Source: Abditibacterium sp. (GTDB taxonomy: Bacteria > Armatimonadota > Abditibacteriia > Abditibacteriales > Abditibacteriaceae). From it: a stretch of 64,000 nt of DNA. Shown one piece after another: positions 1 through 9,323 of the stretch. A model generated the notes under the pieces. That model saw only the letters and a program-made list of their open reading frames with translations. It had not been told where the DNA came from and made no database searches. Both the position numbers and the translations under genes were made by a program. The stretch spans positions 2,400,001-2,464,000 of the forward strand of contig OZ251992.1 of NCBI GenBank assembly GCA_965246885.1. Direction: 5' to 3'. How positions within the stretch are numbered: the stretch's first letter is position 1; each line of letters opens with the position of its first letter.

Positions 1-46
1 AGACGCCCCTTCGATGCGTGCATTAAGTGACTCTCCGGGGAAATTC

Positions 47-1321
47 ATGGCTCAAAATCCAACACAAATCGGGCGCCCCTCTCCGCCACCCATTGGCGCG
101 ATGCCGCCGCGCCCGATGGCACCCAACCCTTCCGCCCCCTATGCAGCCAACGGCGGCAATGGCGGCTTCGCGCGCGAAGCGCCGCCCGAATCGGTCATTG
201 AAGTGGTGGAGAAAATCCCGCTCGACGAGATCCACATAGACGAACTGCTGCAGTTCGTCATTGATATGAAGGGTTCGGACTTGCACTTGGCGGTCAATAA
301 GCCTCCGTGCATTCGCGTTCACGGCAAAATAAGGGAACTGACGCAGTTCGAGGTCTTCAAAGCTCCTCTCTTGCAGCGCGTGATTTATGATGTGCTCACT
401 GACGAGCAGATTCAGCGCTTTGAGAACGAGTGGGAACTCGATTTCGCCTACACCACCGCCGATGCCGTCGCGCGCTTTCGCGTCAACGCTTTCCGTGACA
501 AAGGCGCGCTGGCGGCGGCGATGCGTATTATTCCCACCAAGATTCCCAACCCCGAAGACCTTGGCTTGCCGCCGGTCATTATGGAGTTGGCGAACCGTCC
601 GCGCGGCCTGATGCTGGTGACAGGGCCGACGGGGTCGGGCAAATCTACCACTCTCGCTGCAGTTCTTAACAAGATCAACTCCGAGCACGACGGGCACATT
701 ATCACAATCGAAGACCCGATCGAGTTCGTCCATCCGCACCGGCGTTGCGTCGTGAACCAGCGCGAAGTGGGTACGGATACCCACTCTTTCAAGAACGCGT
801 TGCGCGCCGCTTTGCGCGAAGACCCCGACGTTATTCTGGTGGGCGAAATGCGCGACAATGAGACGATTCACCTCGCCATTACCGCCGCCGAAACGGGTCA
901 CTTGGTGTTTGGCACGCTCCACACCAACTCGGCGTCTGAATCCATTGACCGCATGGTCGGCGTGTTCGCGTCCGAGCAACAAGAGCAGATTCGCACGCAG
1001 CTTTCTAACTCCATCGTCGCCGTCGTGACGCAGCAACTGCTGCCCAAGGTCGGCGGGGGACGCGTGAGCGCGGTGGAGATCATGATTGCGAACTCGGCGA
1101 TTCGCAACCTCATCCGCGAAGCCAAAGCGCATCAGATGAACTCCATCATTCAAACGCAAAACGGCATCGGGATGCAAACTATGGATCAAGCACTCCGCGA
1201 CTTGGTGTTGCAGGGCACCGTAACCTACGAGGACGCGATGAGTCGCGCGGGCAACCCGGCGGAACTGGAAGTCATGATTACCGGCGGCTCGCAGCAAATG
1301 AACGGGAATGGACGGCGCTAA
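47..1321 (+). CDS. pilT: Type IV pilus retraction ATPase PilT
   Basis: Walker A GPTGSGKST, TIEDPIE, LREDPDVILVGEMRD, His box TLHTNS and AIRNLIRE motif; ATG at 47 chosen over 14. Confidence 0.95.
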   Translation: MAQNPTQIGRPSPPPIGAMPPRPMAPNPSAPYAANGGNGGFAREAPPESVIEVVEKIPLDEIHIDELLQFVIDMKGSDLHLAVNKPPCIRVHGKIRELTQFEVFKAPLLQRVIYDVLTDEQIQRFENEWELDFAYTTADAVARFRVNAFRDKGALAAAMRIIPTKIPNPEDLGLPPVIMELANRPRGLMLVTGPTGSGKSTTLAAVLNKINSEHDGHIITIEDPIEFVHPHRRCVVNQREVGTDTHSFKNALRAALREDPDVILVGEMRDNETIHLAITAAETGHLVFGTLHTNSASESIDRMVGVFASEQQEQIRTQLSNSIVAVVTQQLLPKVGGGRVSAVEIMIANSAIRNLIREAKAHQMNSIIQTQNGIGMQTMDQALRDLVLQGTVTYEDAMSRAGNPAELEVMITGGSQQMNGNGRR

Positions 1322-1357
1322 CGCGTCTGGAGCAGGATATTTAAGCAGGAACCAACT

Positions 1358-2590
1358 ATGCCAATTTTCGCGTATGTCACCAAGGATGCGGCGGGTAAAA
1401 TCCATCGCGGGCGCATCGAAGCCGCCAATGAAAAGCTGCTGACCAAGAAGCTATCCGAGCAGGGCTTTTTAGTGCAATCGGTCACGGCGGAGAATGTCAA
1501 AAAGAAGAAGTTCAACCCGTTGCAAGCGCTTAAGCGCGTCAAGCCGCAGCAAATCGCCATCTTCTGCCGCCAGTTTGCGACCATGATCAACGCGGGCGTG
1601 TCGCTTGTGCGTTGCTTGTCCGTTTTGGAAAAGCAGAGCATCAACCCGAAGATGAAGGACACCATCCGCGACGTCCAGAACCGCGTCGAAGCGGGCGAAA
1701 CCCTGTCGCGCGCCATGTCGCATCACCCGGCCATCTTCTCGAACCTGACGCTTGGCTTAGTGAAAGCGGGCGAAATCGGCGGCGTGTTGGATGAGACCTT
1801 GGAGCGTCTGGCGACGTTTATGGAGTCGGACATCCGCCTACGCCAAAAGATCAAGGCGGCCATGACTTATCCCGTTTTGGTCGGCATCATCGCGGTCGTT
1901 ATCGTCACCTTCCTCGTGACGTTCATCGTGCCGAAGTTCTTGGACATCTTCAAGGACTTCAAAGTCGAGATGCCCGCCATCACGATGCTGCTCGTGCAGA
2001 TCTCCCACTTTATGACTAACCCACAGTCGGTCATCCCGCTTATCGTCGGCATCGTCGGCGGCTCATGGGCTTTCAAGAAGTGGAAGAAAACGAAGTGGGG
2101 TAAGCGCATCTTCGACAAGTGGAAGATGAAGGCGCCCGTTTTCGGCAAGTTGTCGCACAACATCGCTGTCGAGCGTTTTTGCCGCACCCTCGCCACCCTG
2201 CTTACGTCAGGCGTGCCCATCCTGCAGGCTCTCGAAACCGTGTCGGGCGCCATTGACAACGAAACATTCACCGATGTCATCATGCACGCCCGCGCCCGTA
2301 TCCGCGAGGGCGACCCCATCGGCGAGCCGCTTGAAAAGTCGAACCTGTTTCCGCCGATGGTTGTACAGATGATTGCCATCGGTGAAGAGACAGGCGCGCT
2401 CGATCAGATGCTCGGCAAAGTCGCCGACTTCTATGAGGTCGAAGTCGAGACTCAGCTGGAGCAGTTGGCCGCTACTATCGAGCCACTCATGATCGTGGGA
2501 CTTGGCCTCGTCGTCGGCTTTATCGTTATCGCCATGTTCATGCCGATGATCTCATTGGTGAACTCCTTGTCTGGTGGCGACGACAAGTAA
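1358..2590 (+). CDS. pilC: Type IV pilus platform protein PilC (T2SS F family)
   Basis: FCRQFATMINAGV, GEIGGVLDETLERLA, AMTYP, IGEETGALDQML motifs; AGGA SD. Confidence 0.95.
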   Translation: MPIFAYVTKDAAGKIHRGRIEAANEKLLTKKLSEQGFLVQSVTAENVKKKKFNPLQALKRVKPQQIAIFCRQFATMINAGVSLVRCLSVLEKQSINPKMKDTIRDVQNRVEAGETLSRAMSHHPAIFSNLTLGLVKAGEIGGVLDETLERLATFMESDIRLRQKIKAAMTYPVLVGIIAVVIVTFLVTFIVPKFLDIFKDFKVEMPAITMLLVQISHFMTNPQSVIPLIVGIVGGSWAFKKWKKTKWGKRIFDKWKMKAPVFGKLSHNIAVERFCRTLATLLTSGVPILQALETVSGAIDNETFTDVIMHARARIREGDPIGEPLEKSNLFPPMVVQMIAIGEETGALDQMLGKVADFYEVEVETQLEQLAATIEPLMIVGLGLVVGFIVIAMFMPMISLVNSLSGGDDK

Positions 2591-2606
2591 TAAGCGCCAT
2601 CCTGTC

Positions 2607-2640
2607 CAAAAAGGCCGAAGCACCTGCTTCGGTCTTTTTG
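2607..2640 (+). terminator. Intrinsic terminator-like hairpin after pilC
   Basis: CAAAAAGGCCGAAGCA-CC-TGCTTCGGTCTTTTTG with A- and T-tracts. Confidence 0.7.
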
Positions 2641-2677
2641 CTTGAAGGTGATACCAATCTCCCCATACTTCCCCGTC

Positions 2678-3532
2678 ATGCGTCCGATTTCTGCCCGCGC
2701 AATTGCTGCCATCTTCGTCACCGCGTCTGGTGTTGCGCTTCCCTCTGACACCGCAGACCGTTTTCAAGCGGGCAATCCCGACACGCTCGTGCGCGGCGTG
2801 GCGGTTTCGATGATGCCCACGCTCGACGTTTTGCGGCGGGCGGTCGAGGCGGGGTGCAACCTCGTCATTTCCCACGAACCGGCGTTTTACAATCACCGCG
2901 ACGACACGGCGGCATTGGAGCGCGAAAACGACGCGGTTTGGGGAGCGAAGCGGAGATTCATCGAGGAGAACGATTTGGTTCTTTGGCGCTTTCACGACAT
3001 CCCCCACGCCCTGCGTCCCGATGCCATCCGCAAGGGAATGGCGGGTGAACTGGGCTGGAGCGACTTTCAAGCGTCCACTGGGGACAACGAAGCGCTGTTT
3101 CGCTTGCCTCGCACGACGCTTGCCGAGTTGGCGCGCGACATCCGCGATAAGTTGGGTGCACGCACGCTGTGCGTCGTCGGCGATGGCGCGCGCTCTGTCA
3201 GTGGCATCGCTCTCTCACCGGGATTTGCGGGCTTTGGTTTTGGCCGCTCCCTCCTTCAATCGCCCGAAGTGGATTGTCTGGTGATTGGCGAAGATTTCGA
3301 GTGGGAAACCGGAGCCTACGTCGCCGACGCGGTCGCGGCAGGGTTAGCCAAATCCCTCATTGTTATCGGTCACATTCCATCCGAGCAGGGTGGCATGAAA
3401 GAGTGCGCGGCGTGGATGGCGTCGGTCTTACTCGAAGTGCCCGTGCGCTGGATTCCCACTGTTGACCCATTTTGGGCGCCTTTGAAGGGGCAGAGCCAAA
3501 AGCGACCAGAGCAGGCAAACTTCTCACAATGA
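2678..3532 (+). CDS. Nif3-like dinuclear metal centre protein
   Basis: NLVISHEPAFY, WRFHD, GHIPSEQGGM motifs; start approximate. Confidence 0.85.
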   Translation: MRPISARAIAAIFVTASGVALPSDTADRFQAGNPDTLVRGVAVSMMPTLDVLRRAVEAGCNLVISHEPAFYNHRDDTAALERENDAVWGAKRRFIEENDLVLWRFHDIPHALRPDAIRKGMAGELGWSDFQASTGDNEALFRLPRTTLAELARDIRDKLGARTLCVVGDGARSVSGIALSPGFAGFGFGRSLLQSPEVDCLVIGEDFEWETGAYVADAVAAGLAKSLIVIGHIPSEQGGMKECAAWMASVLLEVPVRWIPTVDPFWAPLKGQSQKRPEQANFSQ

Positions 3533-4518
3533 TCTTGTTGATGCTGTTTATCTTGGGTACGCTCATCGGCTCGTTTTTGAACGTGTGCATATACCGCTTG
3601 CCGCGTCATGAGAGCGTATCGCATCCGCCGTCGCATTGCCCGAACTGTTGTACCCGCTTGCAGGCGCTCGACTTGGTGCCCATTTTATCGCAGGTCTTGC
3701 TCGGCGGCAAGTGCCGCTACTGCGGACAGAAGTTTTCATGGCGCTACGCGGGCATCGAGTTCCTGACTGGCGTCCTTTTTCTCCTCGCGGGCACGCGCTA
3801 TATCGAGGTGGGCGGCGGCTTCGGCGCGGCTTTTGTGGGCGATCCGGTGCGTCTTGTACGCGACCTCATTTTCATGGCGACGCTCGTCGTCATCTTTTGG
3901 GTGGACTTCGACACGCGCTTAGTGCAATTAGAAGCGACGCTCTTGCTGGGCCTGAGCGCCGTCGCTTACAACTTGTGGCAGATACACCGAGGAGGCTTTA
4001 ACGACATCACGACGGACGGCGGGCTATTCGCCCCTTGGCTTCCCGCACTGCTTCCCGACTCGCTGCTTGCGGGCACAGTGGCGGCGACGTTCATCTGGTT
4101 GCTGCGCGCAGTCTTCTCATTCCTGTATGGGCGCGAGGCGATGGGGCTGGGCGATGTTTTTATAGTAGCGGCCATTGCCATGCATCTGGGCTGGCACGCC
4201 ACTCTCGTCACGTTCTTCTTTTTAGCGGCTGTGTTGGGCGCGCTGATCGGCAGCTTGTTCCAGATCCCGCGCACCGTGCGCTCCTATCGATGGGGCAAGC
4301 AGCGCGCAGAGAAGTACGCGTCTCCCGATCTATCACGCGCGCTGGCCCGCCACTCGTTTCGTAAGAGCTTGATGCCCTTTGGCCCGATGTTGGCAATAGG
4401 AGCAGTCGCCGCACTGCTTTATGGTCAGCAAATCAATAGTTACTACGTAGGTTTGTACACGATCCCGCCTGCCGCAAGCTCGGCGCCCGCCATAGGCGCG
4501 GCTTCTACAAATCCGTGA
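3529..4518 (+). CDS. pilD: Prepilin peptidase / N-methyltransferase
   Basis: [18 protein letters not shown]...GKCRYC, VDFD, MGLGD, MPFGP; ATGA overlap with upstream gene. Confidence 0.93.
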   Translation: MILLMLFILGTLIGSFLNVCIYRLPRHESVSHPPSHCPNCCTRLQALDLVPILSQVLLGGKCRYCGQKFSWRYAGIEFLTGVLFLLAGTRYIEVGGGFGAAFVGDPVRLVRDLIFMATLVVIFWVDFDTRLVQLEATLLLGLSAVAYNLWQIHRGGFNDITTDGGLFAPWLPALLPDSLLAGTVAATFIWLLRAVFSFLYGREAMGLGDVFIVAAIAMHLGWHATLVTFFFLAAVLGALIGSLFQIPRTVRSYRWGKQRAEKYASPDLSRALARHSFRKSLMPFGPMLAIGAVAALLYGQQINSYYVGLYTIPPAASSAPAIGAASTNP

Positions 4519-4670
4519 TACTGCGCGGGGGTTGCGCTCTTGTCGCCGCTCCTTGGCTCTTACTCACGTGTCTTGTAGTTGAATGTGTCAGGGTGAGGGG
4601 CAAAATGGGAACACTCTGGTTTGTTGGTTGTCGAGCGTGTTACAGGCTCGTTTCCACCCTTGGAGATTTC

Positions 4671-5516
4671 ATGCATTTAGTCAATCCATGCACGCGCACC
4701 GCGCGCCGGGCTTTCACTCTCATAGAAGTTCTTATCGTGCTGGCGATTATCGCGCTATTGGCGGCGTTACTATTCCCCGCCTTTAGCCGCGCAAGAGAAA
4801 GCGCGCGCACGACGAGTTGCGAGACGAACTTGCAGCAAATCTACCTCGCCACCCAGCAATACTTCGCCGACGAGCGGCGTTACCCCGACTCGCTCGTTGA
4901 CCTCTTGCCCGCCAACGCCAAATACGACGATGGCACTCCCACAGGCGCAACCCTGCCCGATAACGTCAACGGCTACCTGAAGTCCGGCGCCGACGGCTTG
5001 CACTGCCCCGACGACGACCTCAGCAACGCCACTCCCCGCGCTTCCTATGGCGCCCTCACGAAGAACCTCACTGGAGCTGCTCCCACCGGCGCTTCCCCCG
5101 ACCCCAACGCTGACGCGGGCAAATACACATGGAACTACTGGGGCTACGACAAAGACGGCTTCGCCTACTCCACCGCCAGCGATGCAGCGACCAACACAAC
5201 GGCTGGCTCCCTTTTGTTGTCGAACCCGCAGGATTCTTCCGGTACCAATCTACCCTTCAACTCGCGTACCAACAAGATCAAAGCCTCGCTTTCCAACCGC
5301 TTCGCGCCCACTTCCACCATCATCACGCACTGCGTCTTCCACCGCTTGCCAACCGCTAACAACATCATCGCTCCCGGACAGTTGGGATACGGCGGCGACG
5401 GCAAGAACGCGCGCGACGTCGTCCTGCGGCTCGACGGCACTGTCCGCTCCCTGGACGTTTCGACGTGGAACGCCCCCACTGGCGGCGCCACCAAGTGGCA
5501 AACGCAAACACCTTAA
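4671..5516 (+). CDS. Prepilin-type N-methylation domain protein
   Basis: [50 protein letters not shown] before 4671. Confidence 0.9.
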   Translation: MHLVNPCTRTARRAFTLIEVLIVLAIIALLAALLFPAFSRARESARTTSCETNLQQIYLATQQYFADERRYPDSLVDLLPANAKYDDGTPTGATLPDNVNGYLKSGADGLHCPDDDLSNATPRASYGALTKNLTGAAPTGASPDPNADAGKYTWNYWGYDKDGFAYSTASDAATNTTAGSLLLSNPQDSSGTNLPFNSRTNKIKASLSNRFAPTSTIITHCVFHRLPTANNIIAPGQLGYGGDGKNARDVVLRLDGTVRSLDVSTWNAPTGGATKWQTQTP

Positions 5517-5613
5517 CTACTTCCGCCCCTTAACCCTTTCTCGCGGTTCCTTGCGGCTTCCATGCAACCTTTAAGCGTTGTGTTCGAGACAGCCCGCGCC
5601 GTTCATCATTCTT

Positions 5614-7314
5614 ATGTTCGCCTTCCAGAGCAATCGAAAGCCGTACCCCGCCCGAATTTCACTTCGGACGCGCGCCGCGCGCGCGTTTTCTCTGCTCGAA
5701 GTCTCCATCGCGCTCGCCATCTTCGTTTTTGGCGCGCTCGCGGTGGTGCAAATCTTTCCGGGCGCCTTGAAAGTCATCGGCACGGGCGGTGACCGCCAAA
5801 ACGCCATTGGACTCAACCGCGCCACCCTCGCCCGCGTGCAAAACAACCCGCCCCTCGCCACCTACGACACGCACGATTACAACACTTGGGAATGGCAAGA
5901 CGGTATCACTGGCCCTATGGCCGAACCGCGCGCGGTATTGGCATCAGCCCATCGCGGCTACTCCTTACCCCGCAACAACATGGCGGACATAGACCGCTCG
6001 GCGTTGGGAAGCCTGCGCGCCATCATCGGTGAACCCGAAACCGTCCAACTCGACGCGGGCAATAACCCTTTCGTCCTGACGCAATTTCCGATTTTTGGCG
6101 ATAGCCTTTCGCCAACTTCGGTGCGTGTGTGGACGCGCGATGCTCTAGAAGGGGTAACAGTTGATAACACCGGCAAGCTCCACTTCGACGATGCGCGTTT
6201 TTCTTTGAGCGGTGGAGATTTTACTCATGTTCCGGGTGATATTTACTACGTCACATTCCGTTACCACGACAATACTAACTTGTGGGGCGTCAGCGAGGCA
6301 CCTACGCTTGATACTCTCGCCGTTCCCGATGTCGCTCCAGCAGAAGTTGGAGCGGGCGCCACAACCCGCGTTGTGGCGGGGAACGTAGCGGTTACATGCG
6401 CGCGACTTATCGCTACGGTTCCGGCTCCTGTTGCTGCTGGGGACGAAGGCGATAACAAGCGCGGTTACGTCAAGTTGCCATCAGGAATAAGTGGCACTAT
6501 ATATCTCGACTATCAAGCCGATTGGGGCTGGCTGTTGCAAACGGGAGTGCCAGATGCCGTACCCGAAGACGTACCAACTGGCGCGACGCGCCCCCGCCAA
6601 ATTGCACTCGGCGCCCCGTTCATCGAAGACCGCGCCGACAAGTCCGTTTACACGCTGTGCCAAACAATGACGGGCACCCAAATCACGCTCACGCCCGCCA
6701 CGTTTGGTGAGACTACGCCTCCTTCAAGCGGGAGCAAACTCTACCCGCCCACCACCTCCGACCTGCGCGCAGGGCGCTTGACCTTTGAAACTGATGTTCC
6801 CGGAGGAACCTTCGCGGGCGCGCGAGTCGCCTTCCGCACCCGTGACGGCTGGGCGCAGCAACTCTCCGTTGCGGCCTCGGCTTATAAGCCATACGGGTGC
6901 GGCCCTGACACGGGGACTGCGGCCTACAATCCCAACGGTGAACCTTGGCGCGACTACATATTAGGTGGCGACACGCTCTATTTCCACGCTTCTGAAGCGG
7001 GAAAGGGCGTGTTGGTCACATATACCTACAAGGACACAGTAGGGAACTCCGTTACCTTGCGAGACCGCTTATTATCCATTGACGACCAACCCATTCAGAA
7101 CCTCGGTTTGGACACAAGTTTTTCAGCAAAAGGCTTCGCTGCGCCATTGCAACTGACAGAAGCAGATGGTAGCCCCATCACTAATCTGGTTTCCATCACC
7201 GAAGTGCGGGGGGCGAGTGTGGCGGTGCGGACGGCTTGGTTGGATGGCTCGCGCTACACGCAGTCGTTCCTGACGGCGGTGCGCTCTGGGGCGGGCGCGG
7301 AGGCGATGCAATGA
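5614..7314 (+). CDS. Large prepilin-type protein (PilV/GspI-like N-terminus)
   Basis: ARA/FSLLEVSIALAIFVFGALAVVQIFP. Confidence 0.85.
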   Translation: MFAFQSNRKPYPARISLRTRAARAFSLLEVSIALAIFVFGALAVVQIFPGALKVIGTGGDRQNAIGLNRATLARVQNNPPLATYDTHDYNTWEWQDGITGPMAEPRAVLASAHRGYSLPRNNMADIDRSALGSLRAIIGEPETVQLDAGNNPFVLTQFPIFGDSLSPTSVRVWTRDALEGVTVDNTGKLHFDDARFSLSGGDFTHVPGDIYYVTFRYHDNTNLWGVSEAPTLDTLAVPDVAPAEVGAGATTRVVAGNVAVTCARLIATVPAPVAAGDEGDNKRGYVKLPSGISGTIYLDYQADWGWLLQTGVPDAVPEDVPTGATRPRQIALGAPFIEDRADKSVYTLCQTMTGTQITLTPATFGETTPPSSGSKLYPPTTSDLRAGRLTFETDVPGGTFAGARVAFRTRDGWAQQLSVAASAYKPYGCGPDTGTAAYNPNGEPWRDYILGGDTLYFHASEAGKGVLVTYTYKDTVGNSVTLRDRLLSIDDQPIQNLGLDTSFSAKGFAAPLQLTEADGSPITNLVSITEVRGASVAVRTAWLDGSRYTQSFLTAVRSGAGAEAMQ

Positions 7315-8225
7315 GAACTCACTCTTACTCCGCGCGTGGCGCGTTTACCCTTGTGGAATTGATGGTTGTGCTCGCGGTCGTGGCGCTGTTGTCCGCCATT
7401 ACCTTGGGTGTCGTCTCGTCGCTCCGCGAGGGTGGCAAGCGCGGCACTTGCCAGACCAACCTCAACCAAATCTACGGCGCCATGCGGCTCTACGCCCAAG
7501 ACTTCGACGGTCAATTCCCTTACTATAACCCCTCAGACGGCCCTACCTCGCCACCCCCACCCGGCCCATCCCTCCCCCATGATGGCATGGGCTTGTGGGC
7601 GCTCTATGCCTACTCGCCCGGCGCGTCGAACGGTGACTGCAATAACTTCCCAACCTCGAAGGGCGACCCTCTGATAGATGCGCCACTCGCGGGCTATATC
7701 AAGTCGCCGCGCGCGTTGCACTGCCCCAACGACGACTTCGTGCCTGTCCCCGATGCTGCCGACACATGCAACACGATGCCCACTGGAAGCGCGCAACTCA
7801 ATGTTGCCCCCAACGGCGATGGACTTCAACACCTCAACCCGTTCTTCCTGAGCTATCAAACCTACCGGCCCGCCGGTGCTGTAATGGCTACCACCCCCTA
7901 CTCGCTTTTTCGCGGCGACGGCACGACAGTGAAGCGCCAACTCCGCTATTACACGGGCAGCGGCGCCACCCTTTCCCTACCTGACCGCCGCGCCGCCGAC
8001 GACACCGTCGTCACGTGGTGCCGCTTCCACCGCCACCTCGATAAGAACGGCAACACCATTTCGGGCGACAACTCGCTCGACAATGTCCTCTTCTTGGATG
8101 GTAGCGTCCAATCCATTCGCGTTTCGCAGGCCATCACCGACGACACAGGCGCCGACCAAGTTTGCACCGGCGCGAGCCGCGTGCCCCTCAGCGAGACCAT
8201 CAAACGCAAGAACGGTTGCAGCTAA
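7311..8225 (+). CDS. Prepilin-type N-methylation domain protein
   Basis: RGA/FTLVELMVVLAVV..TCQTNLNQIYGAMRLYAQDFDG; ATGA overlap. Confidence 0.9.
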   Translation: MRTHSYSARGAFTLVELMVVLAVVALLSAITLGVVSSLREGGKRGTCQTNLNQIYGAMRLYAQDFDGQFPYYNPSDGPTSPPPPGPSLPHDGMGLWALYAYSPGASNGDCNNFPTSKGDPLIDAPLAGYIKSPRALHCPNDDFVPVPDAADTCNTMPTGSAQLNVAPNGDGLQHLNPFFLSYQTYRPAGAVMATTPYSLFRGDGTTVKRQLRYYTGSGATLSLPDRRAADDTVVTWCRFHRHLDKNGNTISGDNSLDNVLFLDGSVQSIRVSQAITDDTGADQVCTGASRVPLSETIKRKNGCS

Positions 8226-8234
8226 CCCACCGCC

Positions 8235-9296
8235 ATGAACATCCGCACCTCGCCCGCGCGCCGCGCGTTTACCCTTGTGGAATTGATGGTTGCCATCGCC
8301 ATCTTCTCCCTTTTATTGGCGGTCGTGTTGATTCCCCTGCGCGCCGGGTTGGAATCGTTCCACGTTGGCAAAGCCAAGTCCGAAACGCAAGGCGCCGCCC
8401 AAGTCACCCTCGACCAAGTCGAGCGCGACCTACGCCGTGCCGTCTATGTCTTCCCCAATACCTCTCTCCCCGGCGTTACCGATCGCGCGCCGTATACGAA
8501 TAACGTTAACGCGAGCGGTGTCGGCTTGCCATACGTGAAGTCCCTCGACCCCAGCAATACCGACATTACCGAAGGCAAGCGCGGCGTGTGCGACAAAAGC
8601 GCGAACGCCATTCCTTGGGGCGACACCGCCCGCCTCGACATCCTGCTCGCCAAACGCGATTCGCAGGGCCGCGTCGCCACTCCGGCCCGTGCGGGTGACA
8701 CCATCGTTTCCTACTACGCGCGCCGCCAGAATATCAACGCGCCTTACGATGCCGTTGATAACCCCATTGTCCTGTTCCGCGCACAGTTCCCGTTTCGCGG
8801 CGTCATGGCAACGGCGGTTACGCCTGTCGGAGCCGTCAACGCTGACACTTCAAGCGCCCGCTTCCCGTCCAGTTGCACATCCGCGCCCATTCAAAACCGC
8901 AACGCCCTGTGGCTTGCGCACAACCTCTACGCCGAACCCGACTTGGAGCCGCTTTGCACGGACACCGCCGACCCGAACGTGAGCGGCTCCCACACCGTCG
9001 TCATCCCGCGCGGCGTCGGCTTGGTCGCCTCGCAAGCGTACCGCATCCAAGAGAGCATGGACGACGTCACTAAGCCTCTCATCCCTGCCAAAGAAGCGCC
9101 GCTTCAGCCCGACTTGTCTTTTCAATTAGACGACACCAACGGCGACGGCAAAATCAACCGCGTCACCATCGCCATCGCGCTTGAAACCTTCGACGCCAAC
9201 TCCGGCGGCACCGTGAGCGCCAACGCCGCCAACAAACAGCCCAAAGGCCAAATCATCCGCGCCCGCCGCGTCATTGACTTGCCCAACGTCCGCTAA
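8235..9296 (+). CDS. Prepilin-type protein (PilW/GspJ-like)
   Basis: RRA/FTLVELMVAIAIFSLLL and QVERDLRRA. Confidence 0.88.
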   Translation: MNIRTSPARRAFTLVELMVAIAIFSLLLAVVLIPLRAGLESFHVGKAKSETQGAAQVTLDQVERDLRRAVYVFPNTSLPGVTDRAPYTNNVNASGVGLPYVKSLDPSNTDITEGKRGVCDKSANAIPWGDTARLDILLAKRDSQGRVATPARAGDTIVSYYARRQNINAPYDAVDNPIVLFRAQFPFRGVMATAVTPVGAVNADTSSARFPSSCTSAPIQNRNALWLAHNLYAEPDLEPLCTDTADPNVSGSHTVVIPRGVGLVASQAYRIQESMDDVTKPLIPAKEAPLQPDLSFQLDDTNGDGKINRVTIAIALETFDANSGGTVSANAANKQPKGQIIRARRVIDLPNVR

Positions 9297-9323
9297 TCCC
9301 ACCCGTTTTCCATCGCCACCGCC

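Noticed and set aside
23..1405. 460-aa antisense ORF and similar long shadows (11907-13229, 41558-43021, 49420-50559, 61207-62586)
   Set aside because: Opposite well-supported genes in GC-rich DNA, with no motifs
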